From contig JBDRMG010000010.1 of assembly GCA_043812495.1 (NCBI GenBank), positions 1 to 53,844 on the forward strand: DNA of 53,844 nucleotides, given 5' to 3'. Under the pieces are notes generated by a model, which saw only the letters and a list, made by a program, of their open reading frames with translations, was not told where the DNA came from and ran no database searches. Within the stretch, counting starts at the first letter, position 1; each line of letters begins with the position of its first letter. Position numbers and translations under genes: made by a program. This stretch comes from Candidatus Omnitrophota bacterium. GTDB lineage: Bacteria > Omnitrophota > Gorgyraeia > Zapsychrales > JBDRMG01. Below are positions 23,253 through 32,676 of this stretch, one piece after another.

Positions 23253-23281
23253 ACTATACAAGAGAAAACATGGTTTGTCAA
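23253..23281 (-). promoter_or_regulatory. Near-consensus sigma70 promoter pointing back at the DUF3800 gene
   Basis: Reverse complement reads TTGACA-N17-TATAGT. Confidence 0.8.
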
Positions 23282-23330
23282 GATTTTTGAAGGTAGAAAT
23301 ACGAACTATGAACCTAGTCAAGTCTTTATG

Positions 23331-23394
23331 AATAACGACACCCAAAACCATGACCAGACACCAATGATACCTATACCGATAACGAAAACGAATA
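23331..23394. repeat. Hexamer-periodic repeat arm (lone right arm of the element at 26251-26396)
   Basis: AATAACGACACCCAAAACCATGACCAGACACCAA..CCTATACCGA nearly identical to 26334-26396. Confidence 0.8.
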
Positions 23395-23437
23395 TATTGA
23401 TTTTTCCAAGAACGCATAGGATACAGGGAGCTCAAAC

Positions 23438-23920
23438 ATGGACATAAGAAATGTAAAAATCGAGAAACCCGACGATGTGAACGTGATTATCGGTCAATCC
23501 CATTTTATCAAAACCGTGGAAGACCTTTATGAAGCCATTATTTCGTCTGCTCCCCAGATGCTTTTTGGTATTGCTTTTTGCGAGGCTTCGGGGGCGTGCA
23601 AGATTCGCCTGGAGGGCAATGACGAGAATCTTAAAAAACTGGCCGCCAAGAACGCGCAAGCCATTGGGGCCGGGCACAGTTTTGTCATTATGCTTCAAAA
23701 AGGTTTCCCGATCAATATTTTAAACCAGATCAAGAATACTTGCGAAGTCTGCACGATTTTCGCGGCTACGGCCAATCCCTTAGAGGTTATCATCGCCGAA
23801 AGCGAAACAGGACGAGGGATTTTGGGTGTCATCGACGGCCAAAAACCCAAAGGCATAGAGGATCAAAACGATATCGCCTGGCGTAAGGATCTCTTGCGTA
23901 GATTCGGATACAAACGTTAA
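23438..23920 (+). CDS. Adenosine-specific kinase family (DUF355) protein
   Basis: NVIIGQSHFIKTVEDLYE, FCEASG, ATANP, GRGILGVIDG. Confidence 0.9.
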   Translation: MDIRNVKIEKPDDVNVIIGQSHFIKTVEDLYEAIISSAPQMLFGIAFCEASGACKIRLEGNDENLKKLAAKNAQAIGAGHSFVIMLQKGFPINILNQIKNTCEVCTIFAATANPLEVIIAESETGRGILGVIDGQKPKGIEDQNDIAWRKDLLRRFGYKR

Positions 23921-23922
23921 TC

Positions 23923-24852
23923 ATGCTTTTTCGCGACCGAATAAAAATCTTTAAAAGAGCCATGGCCCGCCACGGCCTGTTGGGTTCGACCTGGATTTTG
24001 ACAAGGTTGCCTTACGGCCTCGTCAAGATTATTGCGCGTGGCATGATGGCCATCGGTTTTCGTTTGACCGTCAAGCAAAGGCGTATTGCCATGGAGAGTT
24101 TGCATATCGCCTTAGGTGCGGAAAAGTCCGAGAAGGAGCTCAAGAAAATATACCGCGATTGCTTTGAGAACGTCGGCCGCAGCATGATCGAAATGATTTA
24201 TTTTATGGCGCATCCGGACATGATCAAAGAACGGGTGACTTTTGAAGGTAAAAACCACTTGGACGAAGCGCTCGCCCAAGGTAAGGGCGTGGTCGCGATC
24301 AGTGCTCATTTCGGTAACTTTCCTCTTATGCTTTTGCGTTTGGTGCAAGAAGGATACAAAACTAACGCGATTATGCGCGCCACACGCGACGAGAAAATCG
24401 AAGAATATTTTCAGAATCTGCGCACGCGTATGGGGCTTCATACGATTTACAGCCTGCCGCGCAAAGCCTGCGTGGACGAATCATTGAAAGTTTTGCGAAA
24501 CAATGAATTTTTATTTATCCCCCTCGATCAGAACTTTGGTTCCGGCGGCGGTGTTTTTGTGGATTTCTTCGGCCAGCAGGCCGCAACCGCCACAGGACCT
24601 GTAGTTTTTTCCATGCGCACGGGCGCGCCGCTTTTGCCTGTTTTTATGGTCCGCCAAAAGGATGATACGCATAAGATTCTCATCGAGCCGCCGCTTAATC
24701 TGATAGAGAATCAAGATGATAAGGAAACCATTTACGTCAATACGGCGCGCATCACATCCATCATCGAACAATATATCCGCCGGTATCCCGAAGAATGGGG
24801 CTGGATGCATCGGCGTTGGAAGAGCAAGCCTCCAGGTCAACCGGCATCGTGA
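23923..24852 (+). CDS. Lipid A lauroyl/myristoyl acyltransferase family (LpxL-like)
   Basis: HFGNF, DQ, FVDFFG, P.EW.WMHRRWK motifs. Confidence 0.9.
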   Translation: MLFRDRIKIFKRAMARHGLLGSTWILTRLPYGLVKIIARGMMAIGFRLTVKQRRIAMESLHIALGAEKSEKELKKIYRDCFENVGRSMIEMIYFMAHPDMIKERVTFEGKNHLDEALAQGKGVVAISAHFGNFPLMLLRLVQEGYKTNAIMRATRDEKIEEYFQNLRTRMGLHTIYSLPRKACVDESLKVLRNNEFLFIPLDQNFGSGGGVFVDFFGQQAATATGPVVFSMRTGAPLLPVFMVRQKDDTHKILIEPPLNLIENQDDKETIYVNTARITSIIEQYIRRYPEEWGWMHRRWKSKPPGQPAS

Positions 24853-24867
24853 AACACAGGAGGAACT

Positions 24868-25041
24868 ATGGCAAAGTTACCCAAGAAAATCATATATTTT
24901 TTTAGCGGTTTTGTTTTTTTGATTTGCGGAATAGCGTTTATTTTGGGGTATTGGCCTTATGTGGTTGTTTTATTCAAAGGAGTGATCGGCATTTGTCTGG
25001 CCTTTTTGGGTCTGGTCGTGCTTTTTTTCATCAAGGAATAA
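24868..25041 (+). CDS. 57-aa two-TM small membrane protein (not in ORF track)
   Basis: AGGAGG RBS; MAKLPKKIIYFFSGFVFLICGIAFILGYWPYVVVLFKGVIGICLAFLGLVVLFFIKE. Confidence 0.7.
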   Translation: MAKLPKKIIYFFSGFVFLICGIAFILGYWPYVVVLFKGVIGICLAFLGLVVLFFIKE

Positions 25042-25099
25042 TATTGCCATTTGGTAAGGTCATAAGAAAATATTAATCGTGTTCCGAAAATTTATATTC

Positions 25100-25213
25100 T
25101 AAACGCAGATTTACGCAAATCAAACGCAGATGGTCGCAGATATTTTATCCAGTATACTATTAAAGAAATCAATCTGCGTTAATCTGCGTGAAATCTGCGT
25201 TAATCCGCGTTTA
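25100..25213. repeat. Inverted arrays of 10-11-mer AAACGCAGAT / ATCTGCGTT
   Basis: Four units on each arm around an AT-rich core of about 30 nt. Confidence 0.85.
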
Positions 25214-25247
25214 AGTTCTTTAAAAAAATTAATATTTTAGGAAAACT

Positions 25248-26246
25248 ATGGTTTGGTTACAATTTTTGACAAGCGCCCTGTTGATTGTTATTGCGGGCGT
25301 CAAATTAGTCAAATACACGGACATTTTAAGCGACAAGTTGTCCTTGAGCAAAGCTTGGCTTGGAGTAATTCTCTTAGGCCTGGTGACATCCCTGCCGGAG
25401 GCCATTACAAGTATTACGGCGCTCATTTCTTTTCAGGCGACGGATTTGGCTGTCGGTAATATGCTTGGCAGCAACCTGTTTAATTTGATGATTATTGTTC
25501 TTTTGGATGCCATGTACCGCAAAGGGTCTGTTACCGACGCTATCGAACCCAATGCCGCCAATATTTTACCGGCCGTTTTTGCGATTCTTCTTTCCATGAT
25601 TGTGGGTACGGAGATTTTTATCGGCTCAAAAATGACTTTACCAAGAATCGGATTTATGAGTTATGGTTTGCTTGCGGTCGCCGTCATTTATCTTGTTGGG
25701 ATACGGATTTTGGGAAAGATAGGTGCCATCGGCTCTCTGAGCGGACCGGTCTCATCGGCAGGCAAGAACAGCCCGATCTTGTCAAAAGTTATTCTGGTCT
25801 TATCCCTGAATGCCGTTTTGGTCATCGTGGCTTCAATCGGGTTGACGGATTCTTGCGAAACAATTGCCCATTTGACGAACCTTGGCCGAACGTTTATCGG
25901 CAGTACGCTTCTGGCATGGTCGACGAGCCTGCCGGAAATTGTTGTGTCTGTTTCGGCTTTTCGCATCGGCTCCTTTGATATGGCCTTCGGGAATATTTTC
26001 GGAAGCAATATGGTCAACATGTTCATTGTGTTTATTTGTAGCTTTTTTTATCGCAAGGGACCGATTCTTGCGGCTGTTTCGCAAACTCATGTGTTCTCGG
26101 CCATGGCTGTGATTATGATCAGTTGTCTGGCGCTCGCCGGGATTTTCTCCAAGAATAAAAAGAAATACGCGCACATGGGTATTGATTCCATTACCATGAG
26201 TATTTTTTTTGTTGTCATTATTGCCGTGCTTTATCGGCTGAAATAA
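25248..26246 (+). CDS. Sodium:calcium (CaCA) antiporter family protein
   Basis: Two alpha repeats TSLPE...GNxxGSN. Confidence 0.92.
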   Translation: MVWLQFLTSALLIVIAGVKLVKYTDILSDKLSLSKAWLGVILLGLVTSLPEAITSITALISFQATDLAVGNMLGSNLFNLMIIVLLDAMYRKGSVTDAIEPNAANILPAVFAILLSMIVGTEIFIGSKMTLPRIGFMSYGLLAVAVIYLVGIRILGKIGAIGSLSGPVSSAGKNSPILSKVILVLSLNAVLVIVASIGLTDSCETIAHLTNLGRTFIGSTLLAWSTSLPEIVVSVSAFRIGSFDMAFGNIFGSNMVNMFIVFICSFFYRKGPILAAVSQTHVFSAMAVIMISCLALAGIFSKNKKKYAHMGIDSITMSIFFVVIIAVLYRLK

Positions 26247-26250
26247 AAAC

Positions 26251-26396
26251 TGTTTTTGTTGGAGGTATGGGCATGGTTAGAGTCTTGTTGTCGTTTTCGT
26301 TGTGGTTATGGTCGGCAAAAAGTCTTGTTCACAAATAACGACACCCAAAACCATAACCAGACACCAACGATGCCTATACCGAGAACAAGAACAAAT
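26251..26396. repeat. Long imperfect hairpin with hexamer-periodic arms
   Basis: G/T-rich left arm is near-complementary to A/C-rich right arm with regularly spaced mismatches. Confidence 0.8.
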
Positions 26397-26438
26397 AAAT
26401 AGGTTTTGATTTAACAACATTAATGTAAGGAGAACTCC

Positions 26439-27032
26439 ATGGGAGCACGATTAAAACGATATTTTATTTCGGGGTTAATCATTTTTTTGCCGCTGGCGCT
26501 GACAGTGTATTTTTTTGTGCTGATGATTCAGGTGGCTGACGGATTATTGGGGAAATTCATCGAGCCGTATTTTGCCCGTGAATTCGGTTTTTACTTCCGG
26601 GGCATCAGTATTATCGTGAGCGCCGCGATTATTTTTCTCATCGGGTTTCTGGCGACGAATTTCTTGGGACGCCGTCTGTATCCGGTTTTTGAAAATTTGC
26701 TTTTACGATTGCCCTTTTTCAAGCAGGTCTATCCGGCCTTTAAGCAGATGGCCATCTTTTTATTTTCACGGGAACGACCGGCTTTTAAACAGGTTGTTTT
26801 GGTGGAATACCCCAGAAAAGGTATCTACTCGATCGGTTTTTTGACCAATGATACCGGCGGACGACTGAATCAGAAACTCCGGCATGAACACTGCAATGTG
26901 TTTGTGCCCAGTTCCCCCGGGCCTCTAACCGGATTTGTTATTTTGGTTCCCAAGCATGAACTGATTTATCCGGATATCAGCATTGAAGACGCAATCAAAC
27001 TCATCGTTTCCGGAGGCGTTGTCAATCCTTGA
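26439..27032 (+). CDS. DUF502 domain membrane protein
   Basis: YFISGL, VLVEYPRKG, VFVPSSP.P.TGF, IVSGG. Confidence 0.9.
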   Translation: MGARLKRYFISGLIIFLPLALTVYFFVLMIQVADGLLGKFIEPYFAREFGFYFRGISIIVSAAIIFLIGFLATNFLGRRLYPVFENLLLRLPFFKQVYPAFKQMAIFLFSRERPAFKQVVLVEYPRKGIYSIGFLTNDTGGRLNQKLRHEHCNVFVPSSPGPLTGFVILVPKHELIYPDISIEDAIKLIVSGGVVNP

Positions 27033-27051
27033 TGATTTTCTCGCAACGTTG

Positions 27052-27720
27052 ATGAAGAAGAGAATCCGACTCATTATTTTTGATCTTGACGGAACGCTGG
27101 TCAATGCCTACCCGGCCATTGAAGAAAGCTTCCGTTATGTGATGAAGAAAATAGGTCAGTCGTCCCCGAACAGCTTGACCATCCGACGGGCCGTGGGATG
27201 GGGAGACCGGCATCTCTTGAGGCCTTTTGTGGGAGAGAAGGGGCTTTCTTTAGCGCTGAAGCTTTATCGGGCGCATCATGTGTGGTCTTTGATACGCAAA
27301 ACTCGGTTTCTTATCGGCGCCAAGGAGCTGATTAAGAAATTGAGAAAAAGAGGCTACCGGTTATCCGTGGCCAGCAATCGTCCCACCCGGTTTTCGCACA
27401 TCATCTTAAGGACGCTAAATATCAGAGATGATTTTGACTATATTCTTTGCGGTGATAAGATGAAAAGAGCTAAACCTCATCCAGACATTCTTTTGAAGAT
27501 TTTGAAGAAATGCAAAGTCACACCCACTCAGGCCCTTTATGTGGGGGATATGTCGGTAGATATTTTAGCGGGAAAAAGAGCTCACATCAAAACCATTGGA
27601 GTGGCAACGGGGTCAAACACAAAACGCGAGTTGCAAAAACTGAAACCTTATCGCGTAATCGATCGCGTTTCTTTGGTTTATTCCATTGCTGAAGAGCTTA
27701 ACAACCATCAACAACGTTGA
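27052..27720 (+). CDS. HAD-superfamily hydrolase (phosphoglycolate phosphatase-like)
   Basis: FDLDGTL, KPHP, YVGD motifs. Confidence 0.9.
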   Translation: MKKRIRLIIFDLDGTLVNAYPAIEESFRYVMKKIGQSSPNSLTIRRAVGWGDRHLLRPFVGEKGLSLALKLYRAHHVWSLIRKTRFLIGAKELIKKLRKRGYRLSVASNRPTRFSHIILRTLNIRDDFDYILCGDKMKRAKPHPDILLKILKKCKVTPTQALYVGDMSVDILAGKRAHIKTIGVATGSNTKRELQKLKPYRVIDRVSLVYSIAEELNNHQQR

Positions 27721-27729
27721 TTCATGAAT

Positions 27730-27868
27730 GAAATATTATAGTTATTTTATTTCCCAGCACTAATTTTAAATCTCCAGGGACATACAAAATTAGTGCTGGG
27801 TTAATTCAGCCTCGCACTTATGTTCTCCGCCATAATTCGTGGCGGATCCATAAGTGCGGGCTTCATTA
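27730..27868 (+). repeat. Modular double-hairpin element, copy 5
   Basis: CCCAGCACTAATTT..AAATTAGTGCTGGG-TTAATTCA..; core of hairpin B identical to copy 1; CTTCATTAA then AAGGAG. Confidence 0.9.
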
Positions 27869-27889
27869 AAAAGGAGAGGAGAATAAGCA

Positions 27890-27973
27890 ATGGGCAAAAG
27901 ACAACGGCGCGGAAAATTACGATGGCGCTCCAAAAGAGCTCGACACGGCAAAAGTCCGACCAAAGGGCATTAA
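27890..27973 (+). CDS. 27-aa basic peptide, bL37-like ribosomal protein candidate
   Basis: MGKRQRRGKLRWRSKRARHGKSPTKGH with AGGAG RBS; resembles mycobacterial bL37 (..SKANHGKRPN). Confidence 0.6.
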   Translation: MGKRQRRGKLRWRSKRARHGKSPTKGH

Positions 27974-28018
27974 TGATTTTGCAGGTATCCACTAACCATT
28001 TACTCAAGGGGGAGAAAG

Positions 28019-30118
28019 ATGTTTAATCTATTGATATTGGCCCCGGTATGCTCGCTTGTGGCCTTGGCCTTTGCGGTTTATCTTGTGTTTTCTATTCTTA
28101 AAAAAGAAGAAGGCACCGACCGCATGAAAGAAATCGCCAATGCCGTAAAAGAAGGAGCGGGCGCGTACTTAAAAAGACAGTATATGGGGGTGAGCATATT
28201 TTTTGCCATTGTCTTTGTGATTCTATTGCTTCTTTCTCGTCAGGGATACCTGGTTGTTTTTGTTCCGTTTGCCTTCTTGACGGGCGGTCTCTTGTCGGGG
28301 CTTTCGGGTTTTTGCGGGATGAAGATTGCCACCAATTCGAGTGCCCGCACGGCCAATGCCTGTCGCACGAGTCTCAACGGGGGTCTGCGCATAGCCTTTT
28401 CTTCGGGCGCCGTGATGGGTCTGACGGTTGTGGGCTTGGGTCTTCTGGGTTTGAGCACTTGGTATTTCGGTCTGGATTGGTATTACACAACTGTTAAGAA
28501 ATTTAACGACATAGACAAGTTCGCCGATATCACAAGTACTCTGCTTTGTTTCGGGATGGGCGCGAGCTTTCAGGCCCTGTTTGCCAGAGTCGGCGGCGGT
28601 ATTTTCACCAAAGCCGCGGATGTGGGCGCGGACTTAGTCGGTAAAGTCGAAGCCGGAATTCCCGAAGACGATCCGCGCAATCCCGCAACAATCGCGGATA
28701 ATGTCGGCGATAATGTCGGCGATGTCGCAGGGATGGGAGCGGATCTTTATGAATCTTACGTCGGTTCTATCGCGGCCACAGCGACACTTGGCATTGCGGC
28801 CGGCTTGGGTCATGTAGGCGTGGCGACACCGTTGATCATTGCCGCGGTCGGCATCATCGCGTCGATCATCGGTACATTTTTTGTCCAATCCAAAGAAGAC
28901 GCCAAGCAAAAAACGCTTTTGATGGCACTGCGCAAAGGCATTTTTACCTCAGCCGGATTAGTTGCCCTTGCCTCGTTCTTTCTGGTTCATTTTCTTTTGG
29001 GAGAGGCGCACATCGGCATTGCCTGGTCCATTATTACGGGACTTGTGGCCGGAATTTTAATTGGTTTATCGACGGAATATTTTACCTCCTCCAGTTATAA
29101 ACCCACGCAAAATCTTGCGGATGCGACAACTACGGGTCCGGCCACCTTTATCATTGCCGGACTGGCTGTGGGAATGATCTCAACCATCTTGCCGGTTTTG
29201 ATTGTAGGAATCGCTGTGATTGCGAGCTTCGCTCTGGCCGGCGGTTTTGAGAATTTTACTTTGGGGCTTTACGGAATCGGAATCGCGGCCGTAGGGATGC
29301 TCAGCACCTTGGGTATTACGTTAGCCACTGATGCCTATGGTCCCGTAGCGGACAATGCCGGCGGAAACGCGGAAATGGCTCAACTCGAACCCGAGGTGAG
29401 AAAAAGAACGGATGCCTTAGATTCGCTTGGAAACACCACGGCCGCAACAGGCAAAGGTTTTGCCATCGGCTCCGCAGCTTTGACCGCCCTGGCCTTGATT
29501 GCTGCATTTAAAGAAAAGGCTATTTTAGCCGGGGGTTTGGTGACTTTGGATTTGATGAGTCCCCTAGTCTTGGTGGGTATTTTTTTAGGGACAATGCTTC
29601 CTTTTGCGTTTTCAGCCTTGACCATGAGCGCCGTGGGACGCGCCGGCGGAAAGATTGTCGTCGAGGTCAGGCGTCAGTTTAAGGAAATTGCCGGAATCAT
29701 GGAAGGCACAACCAAGCCGGATTATGCCAATTGCGTGAAGATCGTCACCACCGAAGCCCAAAAAGAAATGGTGCTGCCGGCAATGCTTGCGATTATTACA
29801 CCGGTCGCGGTGGGCTTGATTCTGGGCATCAACAGTTTGGGCGGGCTTTTGATCGGCGCGACCGCTTCAGGGTTTGTTCTGGCGATCATGATGGCCAATG
29901 CCGGCGGCGCGTGGGATAACGCCAAAAAATATATCGAAGAAGGTCATCATGGCGGAAAAGGGTCCCCGGCGCACAAAGCGGCCGTCGTGGGCGATACCGT
30001 AGGCGATCCGTTTAAGGATACCTCGGGCCCGAGCATCAATATTTTGATTAAACTGATGTCTATGGTCTCGATCGTTTTTGCTTCGTTCATCATACAGAAT
30101 GCCTTGAAACTATTTTAA
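28019..30118 (+). CDS. hppA: Membrane-integral pyrophosphatase, K+-dependent type (probably Na+-pumping)
   Basis: [26 protein letters not shown] (Ala = K+-dependent), [20 protein letters not shown]. Confidence 0.96.
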   Translation: MFNLLILAPVCSLVALAFAVYLVFSILKKEEGTDRMKEIANAVKEGAGAYLKRQYMGVSIFFAIVFVILLLLSRQGYLVVFVPFAFLTGGLLSGLSGFCGMKIATNSSARTANACRTSLNGGLRIAFSSGAVMGLTVVGLGLLGLSTWYFGLDWYYTTVKKFNDIDKFADITSTLLCFGMGASFQALFARVGGGIFTKAADVGADLVGKVEAGIPEDDPRNPATIADNVGDNVGDVAGMGADLYESYVGSIAATATLGIAAGLGHVGVATPLIIAAVGIIASIIGTFFVQSKEDAKQKTLLMALRKGIFTSAGLVALASFFLVHFLLGEAHIGIAWSIITGLVAGILIGLSTEYFTSSSYKPTQNLADATTTGPATFIIAGLAVGMISTILPVLIVGIAVIASFALAGGFENFTLGLYGIGIAAVGMLSTLGITLATDAYGPVADNAGGNAEMAQLEPEVRKRTDALDSLGNTTAATGKGFAIGSAALTALALIAAFKEKAILAGGLVTLDLMSPLVLVGIFLGTMLPFAFSALTMSAVGRAGGKIVVEVRRQFKEIAGIMEGTTKPDYANCVKIVTTEAQKEMVLPAMLAIITPVAVGLILGINSLGGLLIGATASGFVLAIMMANAGGAWDNAKKYIEEGHHGGKGSPAHKAAVVGDTVGDPFKDTSGPSINILIKLMSMVSIVFASFIIQNALKLF

Positions 30119-30181
30119 GAACGCTCTCATTTTTCTGATTTTTTGCTAAAGAAATTTTGGGCGCATGTTAGAATAATTCTG

Positions 30182-30310
30182 TTAATGAGGTCTGCACTTA
30201 TGGATGCCGATCGTTGTCGGCTAAACATAAGTGCAAGACCGAATTAACCCCCGCACCAATTATGAAATAATTGGTGCGGGGGCATTTAACAAAGACAATA
30301 ATCATATTTC
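30182..30310 (-). repeat. Modular double-hairpin element, copy 6
   Basis: TAATGAG..GCACTTATG..CATAAGTGC..CGAATTAA-CCCCCGCACC..GGTGCGGGGG..CAAAGA-N9-TATTTC. Confidence 0.9.
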
Positions 30311-30319
30311 AAATTCATC

Positions 30320-31861
30320 ATGGATGAAAAGATCCAAATCGGTCAACCTCATCATCCCCGTCCTCAGTGGCGCTCGCGCGTCGGTTTTATCTTTGCGGCC
30401 TTAGGTTCGGCCATTGGCTTGGGTAATATCTGGCGCTTTTCCTATTTGTGTTATAAAAACGGAGGCGGGGCCTTCCTGATACCCTATACGCTTGCCCTTA
30501 TTACCGTCGGGATTCCCCTGATGATCCTAGAGCTTGGCATCGGCCATCGCATGCGCGGCTCGGCACCCATGACTTTCGCGCGCATCAATCGCAAATGGGA
30601 ATGGGCCGGTTGGTGGGCGGTCAATTGCGCGATGTTCGGCATCATGATGTATTATTCGGTCGTCATTGCCTGGTGCCTTAGTTATGTGTTTTTTTCTTTC
30701 AATTTAAGCTGGGGACAGGATGCCAATGCCTTCTTTTTTAAAGAGTTTCTCCAGATCAGCTCGGGACCGGCCGAAATCGGAGATATCCGCGCTCCTATCT
30801 TAGGGGCCTTAAGCGGTGTCTGGTTTTTAAGCTGGCTGATTGTGTTCTTCGGTGTGCAAAAGGGTGTGGAACGCGCCAATAAGGTTTTTATGCCGCTTTT
30901 GTTTGCGTTAACGCTGGTTCTTGTTTTATGGAGCGTGAACCTCAAAGGAGCTTTCAAAGGACTTGAAGTTTATCTGAAGCCGGATTTTTTGCTTCTTGCC
31001 AAACCCCAGATTTGGGTGGATGCCTTTTCGCAGATTTTCTTCACGCTGTCTTTGGCGTTCGGCATTATGATCACGTACGCCTCTTATCTGCCGCGCAAGG
31101 CCGATATCGTGATTGATGCGGTAGCGATTAGCGTCGGCAATTGCTTATATTCTTTTGTCGCCGGTTTTGCGGTTTTCGGGACGCTTGGGTATATGTCGTA
31201 CTCGACGGGAAAGCCGGTGGCGGAAGTCGTGCGCGAATCCATTGGCTTAGCGTTCGTGGCGTATCCGCAGGCGATTAGCCTTATGCCCGGAGGACTCGCC
31301 AACCTTTTCGGTGTTTTGTTTTTCTCGATTCTTGTCGTGGCCGGGCTCTCAAGCGCGATTTCGCTGGTGGAAGCGTTCACATCGGCGGTTGTGGATAAAT
31401 TTCATTATTCTCGAAAGGTCGTGGTGTCGGTTCTGTGTATTTTCGGATTTATGGGAAGCATGATCTTTACCGCGCGAAGCGGTCTTTATTGGGTCGATAT
31501 CGTCGATCATTTTATCACGCATTACGGGCTCGTGGTGGTGGGGATTCTGGAATGCGTTTTGGTCGCCTGGATTTTTAAATCTCAAAAACTGCGTGAGCAT
31601 ATCAGCCACGCGGCCTCGGAGGCCTCGGCCTGGACCTGGCCTAAGGTTTTGAAGCTTTGGGAAATCAGCATCAAATTTATTACGCCATCAATCCTCATCG
31701 TTATTTTGATTAACGATATCATCAAGGAAGTCGCCAAGCCTTACGAAGGATACCCGTGGCTTTCGATTGTTTTGATCGGCCGGGATTGGTTGTTGTTTGC
31801 CCTGATCGCGGCTTTGGTGATCGCGGCACGCCCGTGGAAGCGGGATTTGGATGCGGATTAA
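30320..31861 (+). CDS. Sodium-dependent transporter, neurotransmitter:Na+ symporter (SNF) family
   Basis: GSAIGLGNIWRF, NGGGAFLIPY, QIFFTLS. Confidence 0.96.
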   Translation: MDEKIQIGQPHHPRPQWRSRVGFIFAALGSAIGLGNIWRFSYLCYKNGGGAFLIPYTLALITVGIPLMILELGIGHRMRGSAPMTFARINRKWEWAGWWAVNCAMFGIMMYYSVVIAWCLSYVFFSFNLSWGQDANAFFFKEFLQISSGPAEIGDIRAPILGALSGVWFLSWLIVFFGVQKGVERANKVFMPLLFALTLVLVLWSVNLKGAFKGLEVYLKPDFLLLAKPQIWVDAFSQIFFTLSLAFGIMITYASYLPRKADIVIDAVAISVGNCLYSFVAGFAVFGTLGYMSYSTGKPVAEVVRESIGLAFVAYPQAISLMPGGLANLFGVLFFSILVVAGLSSAISLVEAFTSAVVDKFHYSRKVVVSVLCIFGFMGSMIFTARSGLYWVDIVDHFITHYGLVVVGILECVLVAWIFKSQKLREHISHAASEASAWTWPKVLKLWEISIKFITPSILIVILINDIIKEVAKPYEGYPWLSIVLIGRDWLLFALIAALVIAARPWKRDLDAD

Positions 31862-31896
31862 TTTGACTCTTTACTTATTGAAAAGGAGGACATAGT

Positions 31897-32298
31897 ATGG
31901 TGACTGAAATGAGAAAGAGGCTTTTGCCTGCTGTGGTTGTTTTGCTTGCCTTGTCTTTGAGCGGATGCTGGCCGCTTATCTTCGGCACTCTGGCCGCGGC
32001 CGGCGGTTATGCCGTAAGCAGAGACACGATTCAGGGGGAAACGGAAAAAGATTTTGATGATGTGTGGCATGCCGCTATGGCTGTCGTACCCGTGATGGGT
32101 TCGGTCGTCTCGGAAAGTTATGAATTGGGCCATATCGAAGCCATCGTCAACGGCGCTAGGGTCAAGGTGGATGTTTTGCAGATGACATCTTCGATTGTGC
32201 GTTTGAAGGTGAAGGCGCGCAAGAATATTTTTCAAAGCCTCGTCAATGCCCAGCAGGTGTTTATCAAGATTATGAACAAAGTGAATGGAGAAGATTGA
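31897..32298 (+). CDS. DUF3568-like lipoprotein
   Basis: Lipobox LSGC followed by Gly/Ala-rich segment (AAAGGYAV); AAGGAGG RBS. Confidence 0.65.
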   Translation: MVTEMRKRLLPAVVVLLALSLSGCWPLIFGTLAAAGGYAVSRDTIQGETEKDFDDVWHAAMAVVPVMGSVVSESYELGHIEAIVNGARVKVDVLQMTSSIVRLKVKARKNIFQSLVNAQQVFIKIMNKVNGED

Positions 32299-32324
32299 TC
32301 GCTGGTTTGCGGCTAGATCGGTCA

Positions 32325-32536
32325 TTGATACTTCGACGGCGCCAAAGTCTTGGTTGCCTTTGGACCGGAAATCAAGTAGTTCGAACTGCTCGTCGTATTT
32401 CAAGCTATACGGTGTTCAGTTGAAGCGGCGCCGCTCAGTATAACAACCCTGCCCGCCCCGCCGCTTCGCGGCGAAAGCCGCGGGCCGGGGGAGCAAATCC
32501 CGGCCTGAAAGGCCGGGGAGCGTCGAAGGGTTGACA
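32325..32536. repeat. Nested CTTCGAC..GCTCAG..GTCGAAGGG palindromic cluster ending at a -35 box
   Basis: TTGATA-CTTCGAC...GCTCAG...GTCGAAGGG-TTGACA; same architecture as 5698-5901. Confidence 0.7.
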
Positions 32537-32558
32537 TCTTCAGAAACTCTGGTAAAAT
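32531..32558 (+). promoter_or_regulatory. sigma70 promoter of the tRNA-Phe locus
   Basis: TTGACA-N16-TAAAAT with TG extension. Confidence 0.65.
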
Positions 32559-32676
32559 GTTGCATCTGAAAACAAAAAAAGGTTATGCCAATCCTACTTC
32601 GCTAAAAGGCTTTCGCGTTTAGCTTCGTAGGATTTGGCAAAATCTTTTCTCAATAAATGAAATTATTGAAGATTTT

